The notes beneath the pieces are model-generated. The model saw nothing but the letters and a program-made list of their open reading frames with translations, was not told the origin of the DNA and ran no database searches. DNA of 61,201 nucleotides, the filler included, from Nemertoderma westbladi (lineage: Eukaryota; Animalia; Xenacoelomorpha), in the NCBI GenBank assembly GCA_032718475.1. It is 3 parts of 3 records of this genome, joined end to end, with 100 filler letters (N's around TTAATTAATTAA, not from the genome) between each part and the next. Parts side by side here need not be neighbours in the genome. Positions count along the whole stretch, not along the records: positions 28,207 to 45,569 come from JAUCBJ010004278.1; positions 45,670 to 61,201 come from JAUCBJ010002787.1; 1 more part is not named here. The stretch is one strand, 5' to 3'. Shown in pieces: positions 37,767 through 51,220 of the stretch. The translations under genes were made by a program, and so were the position numbers. Every line of letters starts with the position of its first letter. The first letter of the stretch is position 1.

Positions 37767-39458
37767 CAGTTAGGTACAATGGCCAAATCTGGCAATGATT
37801 GTGATTGCCATATTTGGCAACCAAGCAAAATCTGTCAACATTTCTGATTGCCTGATTTGGCAACTATATAAAGCCGTTGTTGCCATATTTGGCAACTTAA
37901 CTAACTCATCGAATAACTTAACTAACTCATTGAATACCTAATGTCGCAGTGTCCGAGTGGATACGGCGCCTGAACTGCTTACATAATAGTGTTTGGTGGT
38001 ACAGGTTCAAATCCGACTAAAGGCTGTAGAAATTTCGCTTTCCCTAGGCAAGACACTTTAGACATTAGTGCCTACGCCAACCCAGCGGTATAATGGAAAC
38101 CTGGCTTTGCTGTGGTAATGATAATAAAAGGCTTTGAGTATGCTGAGCGTAGAAAAGCGCTATATAAATAACCAATATTATTATTATTAATATGGATTAT
38201 ATGGTTCTGCGTCATTAAGTCCTTCTATGGCAGTATGGTCATTCTTTAGATCCTGAAATGTTAATGTTAGGCCTAGAAAAAAGGCAAAGGGGTAGGGCCA
38301 GGTTACAGGTTATACTTATACCAGTAGTGGCATATTCTAAGTTCTAACCAATACAGCAATATATCCTAATAAATGAGGTGAGAATGAGAGTTAATAACAC
38401 AAACACAGACTGACTGGTGATAGTTTATTTTTGCTAGTAATCTCTGGCGCTGCTTGGGGAGGTGGTTGATTGTTGTTTGTACCAATAATAGTTTAGTAGT
38501 TAAAGATTGTAACTGTGTAATGCTGATACAATTGCCCAGCAATCTAAATCATCCTTCACTCTATATCAGTTCAGTATATCTATCTTTCCATTCCTACATC
38601 AGTACATACAGACATATATTGAAAATAATTTCATCCCGTTTTTCATTAGCTGATTAGGGCCTACTAGAAACAATTTGTTGAATCCCTTAACCTGTTAACA
38701 CGCGTTTTGGCAGTTTTGGTTTTCTCAGTCTTTCTAAATTTTGACACTATTTTTCTTCCGTCACGCCGTTTCTCAAACTTTAATGCCCCCTTGCCTTCTT
38801 GCTGCCTTTTTGTGATGATGTTAACGTTCTGACGTTGTCAAATATTATTACGTTTATATCCATTTCAGCCTTTGAAGCATGTGATTCTTTAGATTTGTTT
38901 ATGCCTATACCATAGGGCCTATACCAGTCTACCAGTACGGTATCTGTTACAGACTCATCCATCTGTCCATTAACATATTAACAATAACAACATATCAAAT
39001 ACAGAAATAGGCCTACATTCTGAGATTCTGACATTTCATCAACTAATAATGTTTATAAATCATCACAACTCGACAAGGCAGCAAGGGTAAGCAAGCAGTA
39101 AGCAATTTTGAAGTAATTTATACAATGACAGGTTTACTGACAGGGGTGCACAATAATAATTGTTGCCAAAAACGGCAACCATTATTTTTCTTTAATTCTA
39201 ATGGTTGCCAAAAATGGCAATAATTATTTTAGGCACATTTCGGCCTATTGCTAAGAGAAATTCAGACGATGATTTTTTTTCTTATACGGTCAATTATATT
39301 TAAATTTCGCGCTCTTTTCACTTAACTATTTACCAAAATGCGATTTTGCTTCTGGGCGTGCGAAAATTAGAAAAACCAAAAGTTGCCAGATTTGGCAATA
39401 AACATTGCCATATGTGGCAACTTTTGAGGTTGCCAGATTTGGCCATTGTACCTAACTG
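37767..39458. mobile_element. CAGT-ended DNA element B abutting element A
   Basis: TIR CAGTTAGGTACAATGGCCAAATCTGGCAA; TATTA at 37762-37766 and 39459-39463; TTGCCA/TGGCAA subterminal repeats. Confidence 0.85.
37943..38189 (+). mobile_element. tRNA-derived SINE with a CORE/V-like central domain and an L2-type tail
   Basis: A box GTGTCCGAGTGG, B box GGTTCAAATCC, TCCCTAGGCAAGACACTT, tail AAAGCGCTATATAAAT..(ATT)n. Confidence 0.8.
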
Positions 39459-41106
39459 TATTAGTACGTTTGACATTTGAACGACAGAACGATACTACAC
39501 TCAGACACTACTACTACCAGACTACCGTGTACCATGCTGCCATGTACACGGTAGACATTACAGGCAGACAGGTAGTACAGTAGTACGTGTACTTGTACTA
39601 TCTACGTACAGTCGTACAGACATATACTACTGACTACAGTAGGCCTACTATGACATGCCAGCATGCGCACTACAGCACTACCATGTAATCCAGTAGCAGA
39701 GTAGGCAGGTACCTAGACCTAATCGACATCGACAGATCGATATTACAAGCTACCGGCTGACCGGTACCGTAATAACCTGATAACGCTGTTGCGATTTGAT
39801 ACGGTTGTTCTGTTGTTTATGTTTATTTCAGATGTTGGCCCTGGCTGCCTGGCACTTGTGTGGAAAGTGCACTTTGCTGGTTTGGCAGTTTGGGGTGGTT
39901 GTGGTTACTGGTTAGGCATTAGGCTGTTAGGTCAGGGTCAGGTCGTATAGACCAGTCTGCCTGTCAGTCGGTGAGAAGTCAAAAATTGGACTTGAGTCCA
40001 AAATTTGACTTCGACTCCAATTCAAGTCCAAAATTGGACTTCTGTGAGTCCAATATTGGACTTCAAATCAGCCAATTGTTCCAGGCTGTCAGGGCCTTGG
40101 GCAGTTGGGTAGGCCTAATTGGATCGGGCGGGATTTTTTTTTTTATCGAAAATATATCTGTATATCAAAAAATAAGAGTTTTGAACAGGGGGACCTGAAA
40201 TTCACCAGGGGGGAACTTTTTTATAAGGCTTTGAATTTTTACAAAAGTCCAATAGGCCTATTGCCATTGGACTTTAAGTCCAATTTTGGACGTGACATTG
40301 AGAATCAAACCTAAAGGTATATACATGAAGCATGACCGATGAGAGACAGCAGGACAGCTAGGCCTATTAAGTTATGGAAAGTTACCTTTGCAGCTCTCTG
40401 TATGTATCTTCAGTGTACTGTACTTAGAATATAATGGTACATTCTACAGTTCTAGCATTCTAGGTACTTTGTACTTTACGTTTATCATTAACATTATTGT
40501 TTAGTTTACAATTTACATTCATGTTATGTCTAACCTTACAGCCTTATGTACCCAGGACTTTAAGTCTTTAGGACTAGATTAGATTATGCTCCAACAAATA
40601 TTTAATTACAAATTATATTTGGTGGAAACTGGTAGCAATGCCAGGTTTGCCAACTGCAGCTGCTGCTTAGGCTAACTACAGTACAAGCTACGATTTCGTC
40701 TAAGCCTATGGGAGCCCTATCAGAAAGAAATACTACAAGTTGATGATACCACCATCTCTTCTAATTTGTCCATACAACAGGAAGGGTACCGGTATTTTAA
40801 AACGGCTGGCTAATGAAAGGGGATTAGTAACTGATTAACGTGTTGGGGTCTCCACATAATATGTACAGAACTGCAGAAGTAAGAAGTAACACACGTCATA
40901 ATCATAAACCAATTGAGGGAAAGGAACAGGTTACAGAGGCAGGCTTTTCTAACTAAAACAATAAACGGCCACTTTTGACTTTACCAATTGAAGGAGCCCT
41001 ATCACCTCACAACATACTACTACTACAATCGGCATGCTGCATTATATATATATATACCCTATTAAGATGCTGCCGGCTTGTTGACAAAAGTGCGCCTCCA
41101 CAACTC

Positions 41107-41520
41107 CAGTCAGGAACACTGGTCACAATATGTCCAATTTACAGCCAGAATGTGTCCGCGGAAAACGCTCTCAGAGTGAAATTTCTCCATAGAAAACAAT
41201 GCTAAATTTCATTTGAAAACCGGCAGTGAAATTTTAACATTGGCATTCTAAAAATTATGCCATTAGAATCGCCATAAAATTCTGTATAAATTAATTTGAG
41301 AATTAGAATCTCATCGTTGGGATAACTATCATAATATTAAAAATAAAAATGTGCCCAGCTTCTGCTTTGAGTACTAGTGGAGTTACAGCCAAAATATGTC
41401 CGGAAATATAATCGCAGCCTGTGAAGGACAAATAGTGGCTGCACGGACACTTTCTGGCTGTGAATATGTGGACAATTTTTGGCTGAGCTTCAGCCAGAAA
41501 GTGACCAGTGTTCCTAACTG
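41107..41520. mobile_element. Uninterrupted 414-bp copy of element A, inverted, nested in element D
   Basis: TSD AACTC on both sides; matches 35206-35385 plus 37515-37761. Confidence 0.88.
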
Positions 41521-41542
41521 AACTCCCTTACACTCTTACAGC

Positions 41543-41850
41543 CTTATCACCCATGACATTTGCTAGATCATCCGCATCTTCAAGGCCAGTGTCCTTTAAG
41601 ACAGTAAGAAAGATGCGTCTCAAGAAAGTCATGGGCTGTCCACCATGCTTATTCACTCCATGAGTTGCACTGGCTGGTCCACACGGCTTAAAGCGATGTC
41701 CTGCAAAGCGGAGGCCGGAGGCGGCTTTGTTCTAGTGTCAAGCTTGGGCGAACCAATGGCTGAATGAGACACCTCCAACTCCAATGTTATATAGTGTCTG
41801 GTTTGAGATGTGTACATTGTACTTGTACTTGACACAGTGAACCTAATCAA
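41543..41850 (-). mobile_element. Degenerate RTE LINE 3' fragment
   Basis: Reverse complement matches about 31930-32210. Confidence 0.8.
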
Positions 41851-42771
41851 AACAATTAGTCAATAAACATTAACTCAATAACATAATAGGTTACAGTTTA
41901 CAGTAGTCTTATTTTTGCCATACGAAAATACCACAGGTATGGGTATGAATGAACTATACAGCTATAACTCAACTACCGCTACCGCGGTATACACCGCTAC
42001 CGCGGTATACACCGCTAAGGCAGTAAGGCTACCGCAAAGCCATTCAGCCATACCACTACCGCAAAAAGTAACTACTGATGTCTGACTGTATGTGTGCGAT
42101 CCCTGCTTATAATACTTATAATAATTAATTTGATCATTAAAATAATGTTGCATTGTAATTATGTAATATATATGTACTGATACGGGATGCAGTTTTGATT
42201 TAAATACACCCAAATACCGATATACAGTATGGCAGCATGGGTACACTTGGAGTTGTACTAAAGTCCAATATTGGACTTTGGAGTCCAAAATTGGACTTGA
42301 AGTCCAATTTTTGACTTCTCACCGACTGCCAGTACAACAGTAGACTATCTGACTATGGTTATAGACATTCAAAAATTGTTGAAAAGGGTACCGCTAGTAT
42401 GTTTTAAAAGAGCAAGGACAGAAGGAGATTCGAGAAAGGTCGGACGAAATTTGAACCAGTCAACTGATCAATAAACTGATAAACCACGTTCAGAACGTTC
42501 AGTTCAGCAGTTCGTTTGTGCTTATTAGAGCACAACCTGACAACAAGCCGCAGAGAAGTAGGGCAACCCAGCAACCGGCGACAACCTGACAACGTACAGA
42601 CGTTCTCGCTACAGAGCTAGGCCTACTTTTCTGCATTGAGAATTACATTGTCAGTTTTCAGGTTTTCACACTTCTGCACTTTTAGCTTTAGACAGTTCAG
42701 TTAGAGTAGTAGCAGTAGGCCTAGCCTAGCACCTAGAGAAGCTAAATAGCAAATAGACAACAAAACTAACG

Positions 42772-43414
42772 ATGTTGCGAACGATAGCAATTGTGTTGTT
42801 TATTGGCTCGGCGTTCTTCATGTTACCCAGAATGGTAGCAGAAGAGGACATTGATGACGAAGGCGATACGGTGACGTCCGACGACGAATCGGCCAGCTTC
42901 GATTCGACTCAGGACTACAGTCCTCCAAGTCCTAGCGGGAACTATTACTTAGCGGAAACATTCCCCACTGCGGGATCCATTCCTACGCGATGGATTAAGT
43001 CGAAAGCGAAGAAGGACGGCGCGGATTCCACGATCGCCAAGTACGACGGTGAGTGGACTGTAGAGTCGGCGACCAATCGGCCGCTCAGGAACGACTACGG
43101 ACTTGTGCTGAAGTCGGTCGCCCGACATCACGCGATATCCTCCAATCTGGATAGAGTATTCCGATTCGAGGATAAACCCTTTGTGATGCAATACGAGGTT
43201 AAATTCCAGAACGAGCAGACCTGCGGCGGCGCGTACGTTAAACTCCTGTCCGAAACGCTGGGGTTGGATCTCGATGGGTTTTACGATAAATCCCGCTACA
43301 CCATTATGTTCGGCCCGGATAAGTGCGGCGAGGATCACAAACTGCATTTCATATTCCAACATAAACACCCGAAGACCGGAGTTTTCGAGGAGAAACACGC
43401 AAAGAAACCATCAG
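42772..43414 (+). CDS. CANX: Calnexin, first coding exon
   Basis: Signal peptide; [69 protein letters not shown]; GT donor at 43415. Confidence 0.95.
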
Positions 43415-43786
43415 GTGCGCTATTATAAATAAAATATTACCAATATATAATATGTTAGACACCAGTTACTACAAAATTAACAAAATAATAGATTTCCTTA
43501 TAGTTCTGGGATTTTATCTCATAACTCATAGTCATAATATAATTTTACACTATTTGAAGGATCATTTTCTAAAAATAATATATTGACAAAATGAAAACCA
43601 TTTATGTTTTCATGTTTTGTTTAGTAGGCCGCGTTTTAAATGTTCAGTTAGTGTTCTAGAAACTCACATAGTTTTTCAGATAACAGAGTTTTGTATTCCA
43701 TATTTTTAACATTTCGCAACGCATATAGGCCTAATATGTGCAACGGTCTATGTTTTGGAATGTAAACCTCGCAATGTTTACCGCAG

Positions 43787-43985
43787 GTAGTATCAGCGAA
43801 CTATTTAAAGACAAGAAGACTCATTTGTTTACTCTGGTTGTTTACCCAAGCAATAAGTTCGAGATCTACGTGGACCAGGTTGTGGTTAACTCCGGGGACC
43901 TTCTGGAGGACTTCACCCCGGCTGTTAATCCTCCCAACGAGATCGACGACCCAGAGGATACCAAACCAACTGGCTGGGACGACAG
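43787..43985 (+). CDS. CANX: Calnexin, second coding exon
   Basis: CAG acceptor at 43784-43786, phase matches exon 1; DKKTHLFTLVV..TPAVNPPNEIDDPEDTKPTGWDDR; GTAATG donor. Confidence 0.93.
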
Positions 43986-44344
43986 GTAATGGAGACTGGA
44001 CATGGTAATCTTTACTGTAGGAGATATACTTTGGCTCGATGTAGAACTACGACACCATATTGGTAGGTAACAAAAAATCGCGATATTTTTGTTATTAATT
44101 TTATTTTTAATATTGAAATTAAAGAAACTATTTATTTATTGTTCTACAAAAAATAAATAAGCGTAAAGCGCTTTTTTCAACAATAATAGCTGACAAGTTG
44201 AGAATGCTAGTGGAAGACTCCAAACACGAGTGAATATTATCTGAAATTCGATGAAGAAAATAAAATGATTAGGAAATTAATGTTTTCCGAAAGAAAATGT
44301 AGGTGCAGCTCCGAAAACTAAGCGTCATCCTTATTTAAATTGTC

Positions 44345-45257
44345 GCAGGTCCGGTATATCGTAGCTTAAGGTCCAGATCGCCAAGGATCAGACCTAGCAG
44401 GTCCGGTATATCGTAACTTAGGGTCCAGATCGCCAAGGATCAGACCTAGCAGGTCCGGTATGTCGTAACTTAGGGTCCAGATCGCCAAGGATCAGACCTA
44501 GCAGGTCCGGTATGTCGTAACTTAGGGTCCAGATCGCCAAGGATCAGACCTAGCAGGTCCGGTATGTCGTAACTTAGGTGCCAGATCGCCAAGGATCAGA
44601 CCTAGCAGGTCCGGTATGTCGTAACTTAGGGTCCAGATCGCCAAGGATCAGACCTAGCAGGTCCGGTATGTCGTAACTTAGGGTCCAGATCGCCAAGGAT
44701 CAGACCTAGCAGGTCCGGTATGTCGTAACTTAGGTGCCAGATCGCCAAGGATCAGACCTAGCAGGTCCGGTATGTCGTAACTTAGGGTCCAGATCGCCAA
44801 GGATCAGACCTAGCAGGTCCGGTATGTCGTAACTTAGGTGCCAGATCGCCAAGGATCAGACCTAGCAGGTCCGGTATGTCGTAACTTAGGGTCCAGATCG
44901 CCAAGGATCAGACCTAGCAGGTCCGGTATATCGTAACTTAGGGTCCAGATCGCCAAGGATCAGACCTAGCAGGTCCGGTATGTCGTAAGTTAGGGTCCAG
45001 ATCGCCAAGGATCAGACCTAGCAGGTCCGGTATGTGTAACTTAGGTGCCAGATCGCCAAGGATCAGACCTAGCAGGTCCGGTATATCGTAACTTAGGGTC
45101 CAGATCGCCAAGGATCAGACCTAGCAGGTCCGCTATATCGTAACTTAGGGTCCAGATCGCCAAGGATCAGACCTAGCAGGTCCGGTATGTCGTAACTTAA
45201 GGTCCAGATCGCCAAGGATCAGACCTAGCAGGTCCGGTATGTCGTAACTTAGGTGTC
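44345..45257. repeat. 52-bp homogeneous minisatellite in the calnexin intron
   Basis: GCAGGTCCGGTATGTCGTAACTTAGGGTCCAGATCGCCAAGGATCAGACCTA, about 17 copies. Confidence 0.95.
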
Positions 45258-45569
45258 ATAAGGCCCTACGGGAAGTATATTTTTGTCGGATTTTACTTTT
45301 TTATACATTTCCAGAATTTAAGACATCAGAATATCAGCATGTCTCTTAGCATCAACTTAATACATCGGACAAACCGACCAGTACGAGTACAGACCTACTA
45401 CATACATAAACGTACGAATGCACATCGGAACCTGGACAAATTTTCTGGTTCCGACTCCGGGAAAATTAATCCGGAGCTTATGTTGTTGAAATACGAATTT
45501 ATATAATAAGTTTTATTCATAAATTGTTAATTTTTCGTTCGAATTTACCTCAAAATCGGGAGAAATCGT

Positions 45570-45669
45570 NNNNNNNNNNNNNNNNNNNNNNNNNNNNNNN
45601 NNNNNNNNNNNNNTTAATTAATTAANNNNNNNNNNNNNNNNNNNNNNNNNNNNNNNNNNNNNNNNNNNN
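45570..45669. other. Scaffold gap with artificial TTAATTAATTAA linker
   Basis: Same 100-nt construct as 28107-28206. Confidence 0.97.
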
Positions 45670-45997
45670 GAAACTTTTATAGCAACTTGGCTATTTTGAC
45701 TGTAAAATAGTGGGTACTGGTTCAGTATGCATACACCCCTCACCAAATTATATATACTAGCTAGTTTTTGATAATTTCTTTTTTTTGAAATTTAGCCATT
45801 TTATTTTGAAAAAATGTTCTAGAACAAATATTTTTTTAGACAAAGGCCTGGTTAGTATTTAAAAAGAACGGGATGGATATAATACGTATATAAAATGAAT
45901 AAAATAAATTTTTAGGCCGCGTTCACACTACCGAGTCAAAGTCAAAGTTAACCCTATGGATATAATACGTATATAAAATGAATAAAATAAATTTTTA

Positions 45998-47719
45998 GGC
46001 CGCGTTCACACTACCGAGTCAAAGTCAAAGTTAACCCTATTAAACCTGGGGTGGAAGTGGCCAATATGACCCCCCCCCCCCCCCCCGTGGTTGTTTTATT
46101 ATAATTCTGAAACAAACGCAGTTGGGAATCTGAAATTTTATGAATTTTCCTAAAAATCTATTGTATTCCTAGTAGTGAAAACCGTTTTCAAAAATATTGG
46201 ATAGTTTTCGAGTTATAGCACCATTTTTTAACCCTACTTTTGGCACTTTTTTTTAAACGTTTTTTGAAAATTACATTTCATTAAATATGAATTGTAACAT
46301 CTCTATTTTTTATTTACACCGGTTTTTTGGTCTTAGCAATTGGATGGAATACATATAAATTGATTTAGAAATTTCAAACGTGTTTTTTTCGGCTGGTGCC
46401 AAATTTTGGTGCCAGGACCAAATTTTGAAATATGTCAATTTTGTAAATTAATTGTTTGAATCTTGTTTTTTTACGCAATTGGGATTTTTTGGGGTTCTGT
46501 TTACGATGAAATAGATACGAGTTGCACCAAGCGTATCAAACTTGTATTTTTCGGTGCTGTGTGCAAATTTTGGTGCTAGCACGAAATTTTGAAAAAAATC
46601 CATTCAATAGATAAATTTGCTTGTGACAATTTATTTCTTGCATTTTAGAGGTTTATGGCTGTTCTGAATTCAATGGAATATATAATTATCGAACTAGACA
46701 TCTCAAACTTGTATTTTTCGGAAGTGGGTGCAAAATGTGGTGCTAGCACCAAATTTTGAAAACCATCAAATATATCAATTGATTGTGCCATCTTGTTTCT
46801 TGCGTTATACGGGTTTATTAGTGTTGTGAATTCAATGGAAACAGTAAAAATTTTATAAGAGTTTTCAAACTTGTATTTTTCGCCGGTGGGTGAAAATTGT
46901 TGTGCCAGCACCAAATTTTGGAAAATGAGTAAATTGATCAGTAGATAGTATCATCTTGTTTCTTGCGTTATACGGGTTTATGAGGGTCCTGAATCCGATG
47001 GAATCAATAAAAACAGCACTGGACATCGCAAACTTGTACTTTTTGGTGATGGGTACGAAATTTGGTGCTAGCACCAAAATTTGTCAAATTACGCAGAAAA
47101 ATACAAGTAGCAATGATCTGGCATATTTGAAATGTATTCCATTAGAATCAGCGCCCTAAAAAACCTGAAAATGTGAATTTATAGCATCATATAATTGAAT
47201 TAAAAATTTTGTGATCTAACTGAAAAGTGCTGGTTACTTGTTTTTTCATTTTTTTCCTACGCAGAGAGGACTAAACAGCCATTTATGGTAATCATATCAT
47301 TTTTAAATATTTTCCAATGTATTTTGCGCCCCAGAAAACCTATTTTGAAAAACAATTAGCCGAAAAATGTAACTTTCAAATTTTGTGAAAATTGTGCACT
47401 ACTTGTAATTTTGGTGCTGCAATATTACCACCCCAGTAAATTCAGACGTTTTCGTTAATATTTGTAGATTTTAGAGGGAGGGGTCAATATGACCCCCCCC
47501 CCCCCCCCGGTATTTGTAAGGCATTTTATAGCCCGGTACTAATAGGGTTTTAAAAGACAATATGTAAAACATATCACATGAAATTAATTTTTTCTAGAAT
47601 GCACTTATGTATATTATATTAGGCCTATATAATGTATTATTATTTATTATTGCTAGCTAGCTATATTTATTTTCTTTTGAATTTAACCTTGACTTTGACT
47701 CGGTAGTGTAAACGCGGTC
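45998..47719. mobile_element. Harbinger-like MITE carrying a nested piggyBac-like element
   Basis: TIR GGCCGCGTTCACACTACCGAGTCAAAGTCAA; TTA on both sides. Confidence 0.75.
46035..47547. mobile_element. piggyBac-like non-autonomous element
   Basis: TTAA-CCCTATTA..TAATAGGG (right TSD degraded); internal repeats of about 170 bp containing GCACCAAA motifs like 11006-12280. Confidence 0.7.
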
Positions 47720-48064
47720 TTAAAATTTTTGAAATTTTTCAATTAAATTATCATGATATCTAGTAAAATTTATGGTAGCTAATAAATAATAAAAGCAATG
47801 ATTAAAGTAATTTCAACAAGAAATTTTTTTATCAATTTTAAATTTGTATTGTTGTTGTTTATTATTTGTTGTTTTATTGTTGTTTTTCAAAATTTCTAGC
47901 TACAATCTTACTGTCAAAATGTTAAATGTTCTAGAATAAAAACCTCATGATAAAAGCTATTTTTCAAAAGAAAAAATTGGACTTCTTTCTGGATGTCTTA
48001 CACAAAAAAACAGCTTTATCTAATACTGTTTAATTTAATTTGAATATATTTATAAAAACCTTTA

Positions 48065-48485
48065 AAAAGGATTGTCCCATGCAATACAATATTCCATTGG
48101 AGCCACTAAAATTCAAAATGACCTCTATTGGACACTGTTCATAAAGGGCCACCAAAAAATGAAATGGCTCTTACAAGACATTGTCCATTAGAGCCACTTA
48201 AATATGAAATATATTTCATATATATTAGGCAATTTTCCCTTAAAGCCATTCAAATCTGAAATGGCCCATATTGGATAGTGTCGCTTGGAGCCACTCAACT
48301 ATAATGTGGCCCGATATTAGCCAATTTGTATCAAACGCCTTTGAAAAGGCAATGGCCCATGCAAGATCATGTTCCATTTGAGCCAAAAGTTCGAAATGGC
48401 CTTAATTAGTCACTGTTCATAAAGGGCCACTAAAAAATATAATGGTTCTTACAAGACAATGTCCCCTTGGAGCCACCCAAATGAC
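48065..48485. repeat. Degenerate tandem array of about 55-60 bp
   Basis: Recurring TGTCCATT(A/G)GAGCCACT..AAATGGCC. Confidence 0.6.
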
Positions 48486-48542
48486 AAATATTATTTAGAT
48501 TATCTAAAAATAAAAAAAATAAAATGTTTGTTACAATATATT

Positions 48543-49282
48543 TTGTTACATTATGTCAACTTAACAGCGTTCTGGTGAATTACTCATAACGCTGCAAAGT
48601 ACTACTTTGCAGCGTTGCGGCCTATAGGACGGAACGTTGCAAAGTAATCAATGACATGGAAACAACTTCAATTACCGTATTCCAGAATGTATTATTTCCA
48701 TTTATGTTAATGATTGCAGCTTTATTATCCAATTTGCAGTGACGGGACTAGCTACTGGATGTAAATAATTGTTTAACATGTACTGTAATCCATTATGGCG
48801 AAACGTCCAAAAGAAGACACTAAATTAACCAAAGAAAGTGACGACAGTGTTCAGTAAAACTGAACGGACACAGACGGTGAATAAGTTTGCTTCAGTCGAC
48901 TATAGTCAAGATGGATTAATGATTTATCACATCCAAGCAGGAGATAACTTCCAATAAACTTTAATTAGATTTAAATGTATAATTAATACTGTGTACCAGT
49001 GTACCTGTTAATAAATTTCACTTATATTCGATATAGTACATGATTAAAATGTATAAATGAGCAACCATAAAATCCTTTCTTCACAAACCGAACGCTGATA
49101 AGTTGACACAATGTAACAAAATTACATACATCATTGCTTGCAAAGGTCACTTTTCAGCGTTAAAGACCCTTGTTTATTGATGTAAACCTCCCTCGCTGCG
49201 CTCGCTCGGTACATAAATAAACTCGGGTCCGGGTCATAACGCTGCAAAGTGCTACTTTGCACACAATGATGTACTGTAAATA
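48543..49282. mobile_element. Palindrome-rich interspersed element, possibly a non-autonomous Crypton-like repeat
   Basis: Inverted TGTTACATTATGTCAACTTAACAGCGTTC at 48544 and about 49090; repeated AACGCTGCAAAGT; CTCGCTGCGCTCG also seen at about 24626. Confidence 0.4.
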
Positions 49283-50304
49283 GTTATTAGATTTAATTAA
49301 TACGGGATAAATTTCACATTATATTTAATAGGCCTATAGATAATTGTTACATTAGGGTAAGAGGCAAAACGTCTACATTTATGTCTCCAATATATGAATT
49401 ACTGGTGGGGGATGGAATTCGTAGGGGTCGTAAGATGTATTTAGGCTAGTCTATAAACTAATCCCCCACCAATGACAAAATGTTAATAATGAAGTGTATA
49501 GTACGCGAAAATAGTGATAAGTTATCCTTCCTAGAGGTACCAAACGGTCATACATTATATCTTAAAAAAGCACAAATTTTAATCGCTTGTCAGTGAGAAT
49601 TTATTAAAACCTGTTGTTATTTACAGTATTGTTATTTACAATTTAACATATTTTGTTTGCACAAGTTTCGATCTTCAAACGGCTGAGACATCCAAATAGT
49701 GGCGCAAATTGACCATTAGTGAAAAGGTATTGTTTATTGTTTTGGGTAGAAAACACCGCCACTAATGTTTGAAATTTAAATAAATTAATTTTTTAAATCA
49801 TCTAAAAAACACATAGTTTGTGTTTCCGGTCACTTAGCGTCATTAACTCGAGAAATCACATCCGCTTTTTTGACTGTCGGTCGGTCATAAGTGATAATAA
49901 TTATCTATAACGAAAGACTTAAAATCGTCTAAAAACTACTTATTGTACAACTCATAATCAGAAATTACACAAAAGTGAATTGTATGCGTTATTGTAGATA
50001 TATATATTTTTTAGAATATCTGCAAAGGCATTTTTGGCTGTAGAATTAAATTGATAATAAATACTATTGTTTACCGCTAGGGGTGCAAGTTAAATTCATA
50101 AGAACTAAAGGCAATTTCCTTGTTATTGTATATTTTGGGCCATTATGCCTAGATTGGGCCATTTTGTTCTAGGTGGGCCATATTTGCCCTAAGAGGACGT
50201 GTACCTTTTGGGCCATCGTAGTAGGATTAGGGCCACTGCTCCAAGCCCAAGGCCATTTAAGGGCCATTGGACCTTTAAAAGGTGGCCCTAATAGTGGGAA
50301 AGCT

Positions 50305-50335
<31 letters not shown>

Positions 50336-50799
50336 TATTATCTCCTCAACAACTCACATCTGACTATTGTTGCACATTGCAAAATTTATTCTAAATTGGG
50401 TGAAATAGTAATACCGGTAGTAATACGCCGTACCTTTAGCTTTTCAACATCAGTGTACCCAAATGTTTATTGAATGCAATTTCAAAACAAATATGCGATT
50501 ATAAGATTAATACTAGAATTAACACTAGAATTAATACCCAGCACCAATATAAAATCACACACATTTGTTAATGATAAATACTATTACTGCACATAAAGAG
50601 AACCACCAACATTACTATAAGACACAGCCAGCTACTTGTCATGCAATTATCCAGTCTTATAGAATTAGAGTGGAATTAAGCATTGATTTGCGTTTTATCC
50701 CCGCCCTAAAAATATACACGGTAAAATTTTTTGTAAAACTGAGTGGGACGAAGTGGAATTCATTGTATCCATTGTGTTGTATTGTGTTGTCCGTTGCAT

Positions 50800-51220
50800 G
50801 CGCAGTTCGGGGCGTAAGCGGTGTAACTAGTCCAGCTGTAGATCCCGGATTGCCGCGCAACACCCCCTCTATCGCGTTATTCTGGTGGGTCCATGGTGCA
50901 TCCACATGACTTCATCGATAGAGGTTTTATGTTTCTCAGCCGCGTTATTCTGGTGGGATCGTTACGTGGATTTTGGGGCATAGGCGTTGTAACTAGTCCA
51001 GCTGTAGATCCCAGAATGTTGCGTAACCCCATCCCACATGACTTCGTCGGCTGAGCTTTATGTTGTTGGGAGTGTTATTCTGGTGGGTCCCTGGTGCATT
51101 CCACGTGACTTCACTTCCAGCGTCTTCATTGTCCATTACGTGCGCAGTTTGGGGCGTAGGCGGTGTAACTACTAACTAGTCCAGCTGTAGATCCCAGATT
51201 GCCGCATAACACCCCCCTCC
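50800..51220. repeat. Degenerate direct repeats of about 170-185 bp
   Basis: Three copies of TAACTAGTCCAGCTGTAGATCCC; repeated GTTATTCTGGTGGG. Confidence 0.75.

Larger units (their letters stand above)
39965..42328. mobile_element. CAGT-ended DNA element D
   Basis: TIR CAGTCGGTGAGAAGTCAAAAATTGGACTT; flanks CCTGT/CCAGT; TTGGACT/AGTCCAA subterminal repeats. Confidence 0.8.

Noticed and set aside
44345-45257. Possible CRISPR array or tandem hammerhead ribozymes
   Set aside because: No unique spacers and no CUGANGA/GAAA core on either strand
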